The notes under the pieces were generated by a model, which saw only the letters and a list, made by a program, of their open reading frames with translations, was not told the origin of the DNA and searched no databases. Both the position numbers and the translations under genes were made by a program. 64,000 nucleotides of DNA, taken from positions 139,998,001 to 140,062,000 of the forward strand of contig CM059431.1 in the NCBI GenBank assembly GCA_030390025.1, in the 5' to 3' direction. This document shows, in pieces, positions 35,460 to 49,440 of the stretch (within the stretch, counting starts at the first letter, position 1; every line of letters starts with the position of its first letter). This DNA is from Squalus acanthias. Lineage: Eukaryota.

Positions 35460-36035
35460 ATCAACAACCATTTGCATTGATGTAGCAACTTTAACGTAGT
35501 GAAACGTCACACGGCGCCTCACAGGAGCGATAGTGCAAACAACTTGAATCCGAGGCACATATGGAGACGTTGGGACAAGTGACCAAAGGTTTGGTCAAAG
35601 AGGTAGGTTTTAAGGCGCGTTATAATGCGGAGAGAGAGCTGAAACAATGAAGGGGTGCAGGGAGGGACTGCCAGAGCTTGCGGCCCAGACGGCTGAAGGC
35701 CGCCAATGTTGGAGCGAAGGACATCGGGGTTCGCAAGGTGTCAGAGTCTGAGGAATGCAGAGTTCTGGGAAGATTTTTGGGATGGAGGAGGTTACAGAGA
35801 TAGGGATAGGCGATCCATGAATGGATTCAACTCAAGAATTTTAAATCGAGTTGTTGCTGGACCGGGTGCCAATGTAGGCCAGCGAGCACAGGGGGTGATG
35901 GTGAACCGGACCTGGTGCGAGTAAAGGACACGGGCAGCAGAGATTTGGAAGAGCTGAAGTTTACAGAGGGTGGAAGATGGGAGGACGGCCAGGTCAATAT
36001 TGGAATAATCGAGTCTGGAGGAAACAAAAGCAAAG
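35460..36035 (-). mobile_element. L2-like LINE 3' fragment
   Basis: AFVSSRLDYSN...KLQL.Q..AARVL. Confidence 0.75.
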
Positions 36036-37054
36036 ATGTAACAAAAACTCCCTGTCTGTCGATCCCTCTTACTCTGTCTGTACAGTCCGAATAAAGCACC
36101 AGCTGGGCGGAGTAGAGACGAGAAATTCAGCCAGGGAAAAGACCTTAAAGAGAATTGATCGAGAGCATCCATCAAAATGAATCTTAAGAATGGGAAGAGG
36201 CGCCGTGTGAAGTGCCCGAAATAGTGGTGCTGAGGGTCTTGTTATTTTTACGCAGATGAGCTGGATGACGGGAACAAAAGATATTCATAGGTGACAGCAA
36301 ATTAAAGTCGGGAATTAATGGCGAACATTGCATCCAGAGAATGCTTGGGTCTATCCAATGAGCGAGGGCGGCAATGTGGGGCAGTTTAATGTGGTTTAAG
36401 GGTCTCATGTTACACAATATTGTCAAAGGCAGTGTGAGTGAGTGTGAAATGAATACAGGATCTGTCTGTATTGCTCCGTTTGTCAATGTAGTTGATGGTG
36501 TGTTTGTCGATGGGATTTAATAACAATGTGGGAGTTTTTTCAATTCACTCTTGTCACAGGCTGAGCAGAAACACAAGGCCTGGGAGGGAAGGGAAACGGA
36601 CCGTATAAAGCTGTGGGTTTTTGCCGCTTTAAGGGGTTCGATTGGGGATGATTATCCCGCAGTGTATTTGCTGTTCATAAGGCGGTCAGTATTAATCATT
36701 CTGGAGACTGGTTCTTCTGAGAGGGCAGGAAGTGACCGAGTGGATTATGACTCCCTGCAGTGCGCCTGCTCTGTCTGCGCCCTGTTGTTCAACAGTCTTC
36801 GGTTTCTCGGGTTTAACAATTGGTAACCTGGTGTTCAATTAAAAGGCCGAGTTTTGCAGTCCCGCCCATTTACACGGCCCAGGTCAACACCACCTCCCCC
36901 GAATACCCCGACACCCTTACCCCACACTGCCCAGTGGCGATCCCTGTCATGGCCGAGCACCGGCAGTAGGAGAAGAACCTTCAGGCGCAGTTCCGGACCT
37001 CGCAGGTGATCGAGACCTTGTGGCTTCATTCCAACCTGACCTCACTCGCAGCAG

Positions 37055-37272
37055 CAATCATTCTTCAACGTGTCCAGAGTTTGCCCACCACTGATCTACC
37101 TGGGAGTCCGTTCCAAGTGTCAGCATCAATCATTTCTTCAATGTTTCCAGAGTTTCCACTCCACTGATCTACCTGGGAGTCCGCTCCAAGTGTCAGCATC
37201 AATCATTTCTTCAATGTGTCCAGAGTTTTCCCCTCCACTGATTTACCTGGGAGTCCGTTCCAAGTGTCGGTC
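37055..37272. repeat. Three ~73-bp tandem repeats
   Basis: CAATCATT(T)CTTCAATGTGTCCAGAG...CTGGGAGTCCGTTCCAAGTGTC x3. Confidence 0.85.
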
Positions 37273-37274
37273 AA

Positions 37275-39545
37275 TCTTTGTTTCATTGATGGCGGAGCAC
37301 AAAAGACAAGTGCAAAAGACAAGGCTGAAGCTTTTGCTGCAATTTTCAGCCGGAAGTGCCGAGTGGATGACCATCTCGGCCTCCTCCTGAGTTCCCCACC
37401 ATCACAGAAACAAGTCTTCAGCCAATACAATTCACTTCACGTGATATCAAGAAACGGTTGAGCGCACTGGATAGAGCAAAGGCTTTGGGCCCCGACAACA
37501 TCCCGGCTGTCGTGCTGAAGACTTGTGCTCCAGAACTACCCGCACCTCTTGCCAAGCAGTTCTTGTCCAGCTACAGCAGTGGCATCTATCCGACAATGTA
37601 GAAAACTGCCCAGGTATGCCCTGTCCACAAAAAGCAGGACAAATTCAACCCGGCAATTTACCGCCCCATCAGTCTACTCTCAATCACCAGCAAAGTGATG
37701 GAAGATGTCAGCAACAGTGCTTTCAAGTGGCACTTACCCATCAATAACCTGCTCACCGATGTCCAGTTTGGGTTCCGCCAGGACCGCACGTCTCCAGGCC
37801 TCTGTACAGCCTTGGTCAAAACATAGACAAATGACCTGAATTCCAGAGGTGAGGTGAGAGTGACTGCCCTTGACATCAAGGCAGCATTTGCCAGAGTGTG
37901 TCATCAAGGATGTCTAGTAAACTGGAGGTCAATGGGAATCAGGGGTAAACTCTCCACAGTCTGGAGTCGTACCTAGCACAAAGGAAGTTGGTTGTTGCTG
38001 TTGGAGGTCAATCATCTCAGCCCCAGGGCATCGCTGTAGGAGGTCCTCAGGGTAGTGTCCTAGACCTAACCAACTTCAGCTGCTTCATCAATGACCTTCC
38101 CTCTATCATAAGGTCATAAGTGGGGTGTACGCTGAAGATTACACAGTGCTCAGTTCCATTCGCAACTCCTCAGATAATGAAGCAATCCATGCCCGCGTTC
38201 AGCAATACCTGGACAACATTCAGGTTTGGGCGGATAACTAACAAGTAGCATTCACAGCAACAAATGCCGGGCAATGAACATATTCAACAAGAGAGAGTCT
38301 TGCCACAGCCCCTTTACATTCAACGGCTTTACCACCGCTGATTCCCCGACCATCAACATCATGGGCGATCTCTCAGAGTTCTTGGACAAGACACCAAAAG
38401 GCAGCAGCCAGTATGTTTGAGCAATAGATCAAGATTTATGATGCTTACAGCGTAATATAGTTAACATTGGCGATAGTTTTAACCAGTATCTCGCAGCCCT
38501 CGGTCTCTGGAGCCTCTCAGACACAGATGACTTCATCTTAAGTCTGTTCCTTTGTTCTCGCAGTAAGTCTGTGTGAAGTTATTGTTTGAGTATCAAGGGT
38601 TTAACCAATTTCTTATCAAAAGTTGGTTTAGCCAATGTCCATATATGGCCTTTAACAAAGTCACCTTCTTTGATTAGTTCTAATGGTCAAAATACCATTG
38701 TCACTCAGTAGCACCTTTTTCCAGTACTTTCCACAACCCTATCCTGCTGTCTTGTCACCTTGTTTGTAGTTTTTCACCCCATTGGAATTTACCATATCTC
38801 TTGATTCCTGCTTCCCTGATACAAGCAGTACAAGGCCTTATACCAAGGGCCCAGCCCATGTGTGCAATGTTTCACTAGTCTTTAGAGTATCCAGACTATC
38901 TTACTGCAATCTACCTGCTGGATACCTTAAATCCCATGAACTCTCTCATTTTATGATCCTTTTACTAATTAACTTTTAATTATCTTGGCAATTATTTTTG
39001 TTAAGCGAACTCTAATTCCTACTTAGCATTAGGATATGTCATTTAACAATTTAACCTTCAGTCGCAGCCTATGGATGTTTCTAATCAGAGCTTAGTCAAA
39101 ACTGCTACTGATTGTCCTTGCAGCTGCATTCGGAACAAGTTTTAGCATTATAGTTACACAGGAGTAATTATGGGTAATATTATTTGGTCAATGGCTGCAC
39201 TTGAATTTATATATATATGATTCTCGTCTACGAAATATCTCTAAATATCAGCCTTTCGTACAGGGGTCACCATTGACCAGAAACTTAACTGGACCAGCCA
39301 CATAAATACTGCAGCTGCAAGAGCAGGACAGAGGCTAGGTATTCTGCTCCTAGTGACTCACCTCCTGACTCCCCAAATCCCTTCCACCAACTACAAGGCA
39401 CACGTCAGGAGTGGGGTAGCATACCCTCCACTTGCCTGGATAAGTGCAGCTCTAACAACACACAAGAAGCTCGACACCATACATGACAAAGCAGCCCGCT
39501 TGATTGGCACCCCATCCACCACCTTAAACATTCACTCCCACCACC
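37275..39545 (+). mobile_element. CR1/L2-group LINE ORF2 fragment (different family), split by an insertion at ~38365-39261
   Basis: KA.GPDNIP, NYRPISLLS, ALDIKAAF, G.PQGSVL remnants; frame resumes at GGGGTCACCATTGACCAG. Confidence 0.75.
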
Positions 39546-39621
39546 AGTACGGAACAAGAAGAAATAATTAGTTTGATTTGAGCAGAAAGGGCTCAGAATA
39601 ATGAGGAAGCTGATGTATCAC

Positions 39622-40325
39622 ATTGGCCCAAATTTTCCGGGGCCTCTGACCGCGGGCGCGCCCAGCACATTTCAGGTTTCCGCAGGTGATGTCAAGTTTC
39701 AGCTTGACAGATCGTACAAATCCCTGGGAAATGGACATTCACTGGCGGAGAGTGGGTTTTTTGCCAACTGATGGCCAGCGAATGCCCGTGAAAATCTTAC
39801 GCCTGTTAAAAGCGAGTTTAAGCCCTTCTTTTAACAGAATAAGGATTTTAATAAATATTTTAAAAATTATTTAAAGAGAAAAAACCTTTAAAATTTGATT
39901 AGCTTATTTTTGGAACATTTAAAAATGTTTAAATTTATTTTTCCAAAAATTGATGTTTTTCTAAATTTGTGTATTTATAAAAAAGTTTGTATTTTTAATA
40001 ATTTTAATACTTTTTTTCAGTTTCGTGAAAAATTATTTTTGGGTGATTTCTATTATTTTTATGGAGATTCCGTATGTAAATGAGATCACCATAAGCATAA
40101 TGGGAATCCCCCTTTTTTGATTGGTTGCACCGGCCCACCTGATCCCAGGGACATTTGGGAACCACATGCGCTCCTGGGATATGCGGACCTTTATGTAGAC
40201 GTACGCGTAGATCCCAGAAGCGCAAGTGTCCGTAGGTCCCGAGGCAGCAGGTAGGTGCGTATTTTACTTGTGGTTCAGAGGCTTTTGCCCGCAGGAAGTC
40301 TCCAACCGCAATTTCAGGCCCAATA
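39622..40325. mobile_element. Possible non-autonomous DNA transposon (MITE-like)
   Basis: Imperfect inverted ends ATTGGCCCCAAATT / AATTTCAGGCCCAAT around an AT-rich core. Confidence 0.35.
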
Positions 40326-40649
40326 TATTCTCTCTCCACCCTATCCAAAACCACGGGAGCTCTTGTGAGAGGCGACAAACCAAATCGAAACCCAGGATAC
40401 TTTAGGGGGAATAATGTGGGATTATTCTCCCTAATTCAGCGAGAAGGCGTCCATCGCAGGAGTCGGCCGCCTTTCCCAGAGTTCCACTATTCTTTAGGAA
40501 AATAATCACCTCCACAGGGATCAGGACAAGGCAAGGATCAGCTCAAATTTCAAATTTGCGAGTGCTAAAATAAATCAATGAACTTCTACCTCTTGTTTGC
40601 AATGAAGTAACCTGGGTATAAATAGGAAAATTTGCAACGATTTTTTAAT

Positions 40650-43600
40650 TAATTCTTCGGATACGGGCTTCGCTGACAAGGCCAGCATTTATTGCCCAAC
40701 GCTAGTTGCCCTTAAGAAGGTGCTGTGAGCTGTCATCTTGAACCGCTGCAGTCCATATGGTAAACGTGCTCCCTCAGTGTTGATAGGTAGGGATTTCCAG
40801 GATTTGGACCCAGTGACGATGAAGGAACGGTGATATATGTTCCAGTCAGGATGGTGTGAGACTTGAATTGGAAGCTGGGCGTTCCCACGCGTCTGCTGCC
40901 CTTGTCCTACTCGCTGGCAGTGATTGCCGGTTCGGGAGATGCTGTCCAAGAAGCCTTGGCGAGTTGCTGCAGTTCATCTTGTAGTTAGTACCCATTGCAG
41001 AAACGGTGCACCAGTGATGGAGGGAGTGTGTGTTTAACATAGAACCATAGGAACAGGAGTGGACCAATCTGCCCCTTGAGCCTGCTACACCATTCAATTA
41101 GATCAGGGATGATCTTTACCCTAACTACATATATCCGCATTCACTCCATATGCTTTAATAACCTTGGCTAGCAAAAAGCTATCGATCTCCGATTTAAAAT
41201 TATTAGTTTCGTTAGCATCTACTGCTTTTTGTGGGAGAGAGTTCCAAAGTTCCACCACCATTTTCGGAAATTAGTATTTCCTAACATCTCTCCTGAAAGG
41301 CCTTGCTCTGACTTAATGGTTCTGCTCCCTGTCCTAGACTCGCCAGACAGCGGGAAACCTTTCTCTCCGCCCTATCATAGAATCATCTAATTGTTGCAGC
41401 ACAGTAGGAGGCCATTCGGCCCGTCGAGCTGGTCCCACTTCCCCGCCCATTCCTCGTAGCCCTGCAATCAGTTTCCCTTCAGGTACTTATCAAATTCCCT
41501 TTTGAAAGCCACGATTGAATCTGCCTCCACCACCCGTTCAGGCAGTGCATTACAGATCATAACCATTCGCTGAGTAAAAGAGTTTTTCGTCCCATCGCCT
41601 TTGGTTCTTCTGCCAATCACCTTAAATCTGTGTCCTCTGGTTCTCGACCTTTCCGCCAATGGGAACAGTTTCTCTCTATCTACTCTGTCTAGACCTCTCA
41701 TGATTTTGAGCAAGAAATCTTCTCTCAATCTTCTCTGCGCTAACGAAAACAACCCCAGTTTCTCCAGTCCATCCACGTAACTGATGTCCTTCATCCCTGG
41801 AACCATCCCTGTAAATATTTTCTGAACCCTCTCTAAAGCCTTGCCTTCCTTCCTAAAGTGCGAAGCCCAGAATTGGACACAATGCTCCAGTTGTGGCCGA
41901 ACCAGTATTTTATAAACCTTCATCATAACTCCTTTGCTTCAGTATTCTATATCTCTATTTATAAAGCACAGGATTCTGTATGTTTTTTTAACCGCTTTCT
42001 CAACCTGCCCTGCCACCTTCAAAAATTTGTGTACATATATTCCCATGACTCTCTGTTCCTGCAACAACTTTGGAATTGTACTCTTTAGTTCATATTGCCT
42101 CGCCTCGTTCTTCCTACCAAAATATATCACTTCACACTTTTCTGCATTAAACTTCATCTGCCATGTGTCCGCCCATTCCACCAGCCTGTCTAAGTCCTCT
42201 TGAAGTCTATCCCTGTCCTCCTCACTGTTCACAATACTTCCAAGTTTTGTGTCATCCGCAAAATTTGAAATAATGCCAGTTACACACAAGTCCAAATCAT
42301 TAATATATATCAAGAAAGCACTGGTCATAGTAGCGACCCGATCCCTGGGGAACAACACTGTGTACCTTCCTCCAGTCCGGAAAAGAAACATTCACCACTA
42401 CTCTCTGTTTCCTGTCACTTAGCCAATTTCGTCTCCATGCTGCCACTGTCCCTTTTATTCCATAGGCTTCAACTTTGCTGGCAAGCCGATTATGTGGCAC
42501 TTTATCAAACGCCTTTTTGAAGTCCATGTACACCACATCCTTCGCATTGGCCTAATCAAGCCTCTCTGTTGCCTCATCAAAAAAATTCAATCAAGTGAGT
42601 CAAACACGATTTGCATTTAACAAATCCGTGCTGGCTTCCCTTAATTAATCCAGACTTGTCCAAGTTACTGTTAATTTTGTCCCGGATTATTCCTTTCAAA
42701 ACCCTAAAAAAAACTTAATTTATTTCACCTATTAACCTTCTATATTTCAATATAGAAGGTTAATGGGTGAAATAAATAGTTCATGTAATCTCTCTTAATA
42801 GTCTAACCCTTGGAGCCCTGGTAACATTCTGGTGAATCTGCGCTGTAATCCTTCCAAGGCCAATATCTCCTTTCTGAGGTGTGGTTCCCAGAACTGTAAA
42901 CAGTATTCCAGATGTGGTCTAAGCAGGGCTTTGTATAGCTGCAGCAAAACATTCTACCCTTTACCTGATAGCCCTCCAGTTATAAATGCTAATAATTCAT
43001 GAGCCGTTTTTATTATTTTGTATCTGACTAATACATTTTAATAATCTGTGTACATGGACCCCTAAATCTGTTAGGACCTCAACTTTTCCTATCTTTTCAC
43101 CAGTCAAAATACTCAGATTTAATCGTTTTTGGTCCATGATGTATATCCACACATTTACCTGTATTGAAGTCCATCTGCCACACTTTTGCCATTCACTTAA
43201 TCTATCAATGAATCTTCGTAATGTTAGGTTCCCGTCGACATTACTTACTGTGCACCCAACCTCTGTTTCATCGGCAAACTTGGATATATGACTCTCTATT
43301 TTGTTCTGGAAGACATTAATAAATGAAGTGAATTGTTTAAGTCCCAGCACAGTTCTTGTGGGACACCAATAGTCACTTCCTTCCAATGCGAGTATATATT
43401 CATTATCCCTACTCTCTCTCCTACTGCCTAACCAGTATCCGAACCACGTCAATAATTTGCCTTCAACTGCATGAACTTTAATTTGAGCGAACAGTCTCTT
43501 ATGTGGAACCCTATCGAATGCCTTCTGGGAAACATATGAACTATATCAGTATACATTTTCCTCACTACCGCTTTAGTTAGCTCCTCAAAAAAATTCAAAT

Positions 43601-45315
43601 AGGTTCGTTAGACATGATCTCCCATTTACAAATCCATGTTGGCTCTCTCTAATCAGCTCGATATTGTCGAAGTGCTCAGTCACGCTGTCTTTAATTATAG
43701 ATGCCATTAACTTCCCGACAACAGATATTATACTAAAAGGTTTATAATTACCTGTTTTCTCCCTGAACCTTTCTGTAGAATCTTAAAATTGTGTTACGTT
43801 TCTCATTTTAGAACCATCATTGCATTCGATAATACTTTGCTCACTTTTAGATAATAGTTCTCTTACTGTTAGATTAATAATAAGACTGGCTCATTATTCA
43901 TTACTAAATCTAGTATGGCCTACCCTCCTGTTGGTTCTTCAACTTATTGCTCCAGAAAACTATCTTGAATGGACTCAATAAATCCACTACCTTTCCGACT
44001 TGAGCTACTGTTCTCTTCACATTCTTTCTGAAAGTTAAAGTATCAAAATAAAACAACCATTATTTTGCTGTAATCCTCTCTAATCTCTGAATTAACATAT
44101 TCTGTATCGTCATTCCTGCTATCGGGAAGCCTGTAGACAACTCCCATTAAAGCTTTAAGTACAAGCTTATTCCTCAATTCCCACCACAGAGTCTCAGCTG
44201 ATTATTGTCCCTTACCTGTATCCTCTCTTACTAATGCTGTAATATACCTTTAATCATTAAGGCTACCAATCCTCTTATTACAGATTCCCTATCCTTTCTA
44301 CAGAATGGATACCCTCGAATATGTATCTCCCAATCATGACCACATTACAGCATGTCCCAGTAATAACTACTATTAGTGCCCTCAAAGCTGTATTTAAGAA
44401 CATAAGCAATGGGAGCAGGAGTAGGCCATACGGGCACTCGAGCCTGCTCCGTCATTCAATAAGATCATGGCTGATGTTCTACCTCAACTCCACCCTCCCG
44501 CACTAACTTCATATCCCTTGATTCCGTTAATATCCAAAAATCTACTGATCTATGTCTTGAATATACTCAACGACTGAGCACCCACAGTCTTCTGGTGTAG
44601 AGAATTCCAAAGATTCGCAAACATCTGAGTGAAGAAATTCCTTCTCATCTCAGTCCTAAATTGCCGACCCCTTATTCTGAGACTGTGTTCCCTAGTCCTA
44701 GACTCCCCAGACAGGGGAAACCTCTCCCAGCATCTACCCTGTCAAGCCCTGTAATAAGGTTATATGTTTCAATGAGATCACCTCACATTCTTCTAAATTC
44801 TCGGGAGTATGGGCCTAGTCTCTTCAATCTCTCCTCATAGGACAATCCCCTCATCCCAAGCAATCAGTCTGTTGGACCTTCGTTACAGTCACTCTAAGGC
44901 AAGTATATCCTTCCTTAGGTAAGGAGATCAAAACTTTACACAGTACTCCAGGTGTGGTCTCTCCAAGGATTGATATAATTGTAGTACGACTTATTTACTC
45001 TTATACTCCAATCTTTTTTTTAAATTAAAGCTAAGATATCATTTGATTTCCTAATTGCTTGCTGTACCTGCATGCTAACTTGCAGTGTATAAGGACACCC
45101 AGTTCCCTCTCAATCCCAACATTTCCCGATTTCCTACCATTGAAAAATATTCTTTCTTTCTATTTTTCCTACCAAAGTGGATAACTTCACATTCTCCACG
45201 TTATGTTCCGTCTGCCATGTTATTTACCAATCACTTAACCTGTCGATATCACTTTGAATCATATTTGCATCCTTCCTCACAACTTACTTTCACACCTAGC
45301 TTTGTATCATCAGCA
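40650..45315 (-). mobile_element. Stack of nested, decayed CR1-group LINE fragments
   Basis: Several RT remnants (VYMDFKKAFDKVPH, FADDTKLG, LVRPQLEHCVQFW) and 3' tails on the minus strand. Confidence 0.8.
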
Positions 45316-45554
45316 ACCGCGGATCCATTTGACAAATTTGAGCCTCCAATTCACTAAATTTATTTCTCATACCCCGTACCTTAGTATATAAAACTCTTAT
45401 TTGGGAAAGAGACCCTAAGCTGAACTTTTGACCTGATGCTGTCTTTCCTACACCGTTTAACAACCGTTGGTTGTGGTGGTTGAAGATCAATCATCAAAGC
45501 CCCAGGACAACGCTGCAGGAGTTCCTCAGGGCGGTGTCCTAGGCCCAAACATCT

Positions 45555-48500
45555 TCAGCCAGCTGCAGCTACTCGAAATCCGCGTTTCGGAGCTGGAGCT
45601 GCGCTGGAGTCACTGTGGAGCATCCACGTAGCTGAGATCTTTGTGGATAGCAGGTTTAACGAGGTGGTCACATCGCAGGTAAAGAGTGCACAGGTTGACA
45701 GGGAATGGGTTACCGCCAGACAGAGTAAATGAACTAGGAAAGTAGTGCAGGAGTCCCCTGGGTCCATCGCCCTCTCCGACAGATTTTCCATTTTGGATAC
45801 TGATGGGGGAGATGGTTTCTCAGGAGAATGCAGCAAGAGCCAAGACCGTGGCACTACGAGTGGCTCAGCTGCACAGGAGGGGAGGAAAAAGAGTGGGAGA
45901 GCAATAGTGATAGGGGATTCTATAGTAAGGGGAACCGATAGACGTTTCTGTGGCCACAGACGTGACTCCCGGATGGCATGTTGCTTCCTTGGTGCCAGGG
46001 TCAAGGATGTCACTGAACGGCTGCAGGACATTCCGAAGGGGGAGGGCGAACATTTAGAGGTCGTGGTTCACATTGGTACCAACGACATGGGTAGAGAGAG
46101 GGATGAGGTCCTACAAAAAGAATTAAGGGAACTAGGTAGCACATTAAAAAGCAGGACCTCAAAGGTTATATTCTTGGATTACTCCCGGTGCCACGTGCTA
46201 GTGAGTATAGGAATAGGAGGATAGAGCAGATGAATGCGTGGCTAAAGAGTTGGTGCAGGAGGGAGGCTTTAGTTTCCTGGATCACTGGGTCTGCTTCTGG
46301 GGAAGATGGGACCTGTACAAATCGGAAGGGTTGCACCTGAACCGGAACAGGATCAACATCCTTGCGAGAAGGTTTGCTAGTACTGTTTTTTTTGGGGGGG
46401 GCTGTTAAACTAACTTGGCAGGGGGATGGGATACGGAGTGGAGCTACAGTCGGGGGTGATGCACAGCCAAATTTAGAGGAAAAAACAAGTCAGCCTGGAA
46501 GGCAGAGCAAAAATGTAACGGCACAAGGGAGTATGGCAAGGCTGGATGGCATTTATTTTAATGCAAGGAGTCTTGCGAGTAAGGCAGATGAATTGAAGAT
46601 GTTGATGAACACATGGGAGAATGATAATTTTGCTATCACAGAGACGTGGTTGAGGGAGGGTCAGGACTGGCAGCTCAATATTCCGGTGTATGGAATCTTC
46701 AGGCGAGACAGAGGGGGGTGTAAAAGAGGAGGGGGTGTCGCAATATTAATCAAGGAGTCAATTACTGCTGTAAGGAGGGATGATATCTCAGCAGGTTCCT
46801 CTAATGAGGCCATATGGGTAGAACCTAAAAACAAAAAGGGTGCAAGCATTTTGCTGGGAGTGTACTATAGGCCCCCAAACAGTCAGGGGGAGATAGAGGA
46901 ACAGATATGTAGGCAAATCTCAGAGAAGTGTAGACATATTTGGGTAATAATAGTAGGGGATTTGAAATTCCCCAATATTAACAGGGATAGTCAGAATGTG
47001 AAAGGCTTCAAGGGTGCAGAATTCTTAAAGAGCATCCCGGAGAGCTTTTTGAGCCAGCACGTAGAAAGTCGTACAAGAGAGGGGTCGGTACTGGACCTAA
47101 TTGTAGGGAATGTAGCCGGGCAAGTGGTAGAAGTGTCAGTTGGAGAGCATTTTGGTAACAGTGACTATAATTCGGTGAGATTCAAGGTAGTCATGGAATA
47201 GGACAAAGATGGACCGGAAATAAAGGTTTTAAATTGTGGGAAGGACGATTTTAATATGATAAGGCAGGATCTGGCTAAAGTGGATTGGGATCAGCTACGT
47301 GTAAGAAAATCCACATCAGAGCAGTGGGCGTCTTTCGGAAAGGAAATAGAGGGAGCACAACGCCAACATGTTCCCGTAAAGGGCAAGGGTGGGACCAACA
47401 AGCCCAGGGAACCCTGAACATCAAGGGTTATACAAGAATGAATTAGGAATAAAAGGGAGGCTTTTGGCAGATACAAACGACTGAAAACAGTGGAATCCCT
47501 AGAGGAGTATAGAAAGTGCAGGGGGTTACTTAAAATATAAATTAGGAGAGCGAAAAGGGGGCATGAAATAACACTGGCGGGCAAAATAAAGGAAAATCCC
47601 AAGGTGTTTTATAAGTACATTAAGGGCAAGAGGATAACCAGGGAAAGAGTAGGGCCCATTAGGGACCCAAGTGGCAATCTGTGTGTAGAGCCGGAAGATG
47701 TGGGTGAGGTTTTAACTGAATATTTTGCATCTGTGTTCACTATGGAGAGGGACGATGTAGGCATAGAAATCAGGCAGGGGGATTGTGATATACTTGAACA
47801 AATTATTATTCAGATGGAGGGGGCACTCGCACTTTTAGCAGGCTTAAAAGTGGATAAATCACCAGGCCCAGACGAGATGTATCCCAGGCTGCTGTGTGTG
47901 GCTTGGGAGGAGATTGCAGGGGCTCTGACACAAATTTCCAGAACCTTTCTGGCCACAGGGGAGGTGCCAAATGACTGGAGGATATCTAACGTAGTACCAT
48001 TATTCAAGAAAGGTAGTAGGGATAAACCAGGGAATTACAGGCCAGTGAGCCTGATATCAGTGGTAGGGAAGTTATTGGAAAAAATTCTGAGGGACAGAAT
48101 TTGTCTCCACTTGGAGAGGCAAGGATTAATTAAGGATAGTCAGCATGGTTTTGTCAGGGGGAGATAATGTCTTACGAATTTGATTGAATGTTTCGATGGG
48201 GTGACTAGGTATGTGGATGAGGGTAGTGCAGTTGATGTAGTCTACATGGACTCCAGTAAGGCTTTTGACAAAGTCCCGCATGGGAGACTGGTCAAGAAGG
48301 TAAGAGCCCTTGTTATTCAGGGCAATTTGGCACATTGGATCCAAAATTGGCTTAGTGGTAGGAGTCAGAGGGTGATGGTCGATGGTTGTTTTTGTGACTG
48401 GAAGCCTGTGTCCAGTGGTGTACCGCAGGGATCGCTGCTGGGTCCTTTGCTGTTTGTAGTGTATATTCATGATTTAGATATGAATGTAGGTGGTATGATC

Positions 48501-49440
48501 AGTAAGTTCGCAGATGACACGAAAATTGGTGGGGTGGTAAATAGCGAGGAGGGAAGCCTCAGGCTACAGGACGAGATAGACGGTTTGGTCAGACGGGCAG
48601 AACAGTGGCAAATGGAATTTAACCCTGAAAAGTGTGAGGTGATGCATTTTAGGAGGACTAACAAGGCAAGGGAATACACAATGAATCTTAGGACCAAAGG
48701 AAGGACAGAGGATCAAAGGGACCTTGGTGTGCATGTATATATAGATCGCTGAAGGCACCGGGACAGGTGGATAAGGTGGTTAAAAAGGCATATGGGATAC
48801 TTGCCTTCATTAGCCGAGTCATAGAATATAAGAGCAGGGAGTTTATGATGGAGCTGTACCAAACGCTAGTTAGGCCACAGCTAGAATACTGTGTGCAGTT
48901 CTGGTCGCCACACTATAGGAAGGATGTGATTGCATTGGAGAGGATGCAGCGGAGATTCACCAGGATGTTACCTGGGCTGGAGCGCTTCAGCTTTGAAGAG
49001 AGACTGGACAGGCTGGGGTTGTTTTCCTTAGAGAAGTGAAGGCTTAGGGGGGGCCTGATTGAGGTGTACAAAATTATGGGGGCATAGATAGTTTAGATAG
49101 AAATGAGCTTTTCCCATTACTAGAGTGGTCAATAACCAGGGGGCATAGTTTCAAGGTAAGGGGCTGGAGTTTTAGAGGGGAATTGAGGAAAAACTTTTTC
49201 ACCCAGAGGGTGGTTGGAATCTGGACCTCACTGCCTAAAAGGGTGGTAGAGGCAGGAACCATCACAACATTCAAGAAGCATTTAGATGAGCACTTGAAAC
49301 GCCATAGCATACAAGGCTACGGACCAAGTGCTTGAAAATGGGATTAGAATAGATAGGGCTTGATGGCCGGCGCGGACACGATGGGCCGAAGGGCCTCTTT
49401 CTGTGCTGTATAAATCTGTGTCTCTATGACTATGGCTATG
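45555..49440 (+). mobile_element. Near full-length CR1 LINE: ORF1 (SGNH esterase-type) + ORF2 (APE endonuclease + RT), with stops and frameshifts
   Basis: ORF1 IVIGDSIVR...GARVKDV...HIGTND; APE YFNARS, ITETW, GVYYRPP, IVGD, LDL; RT NYRPVSLISVVGK, AFDKVPH, GVPQGS, FADD; tandem tail. Confidence 0.92.
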
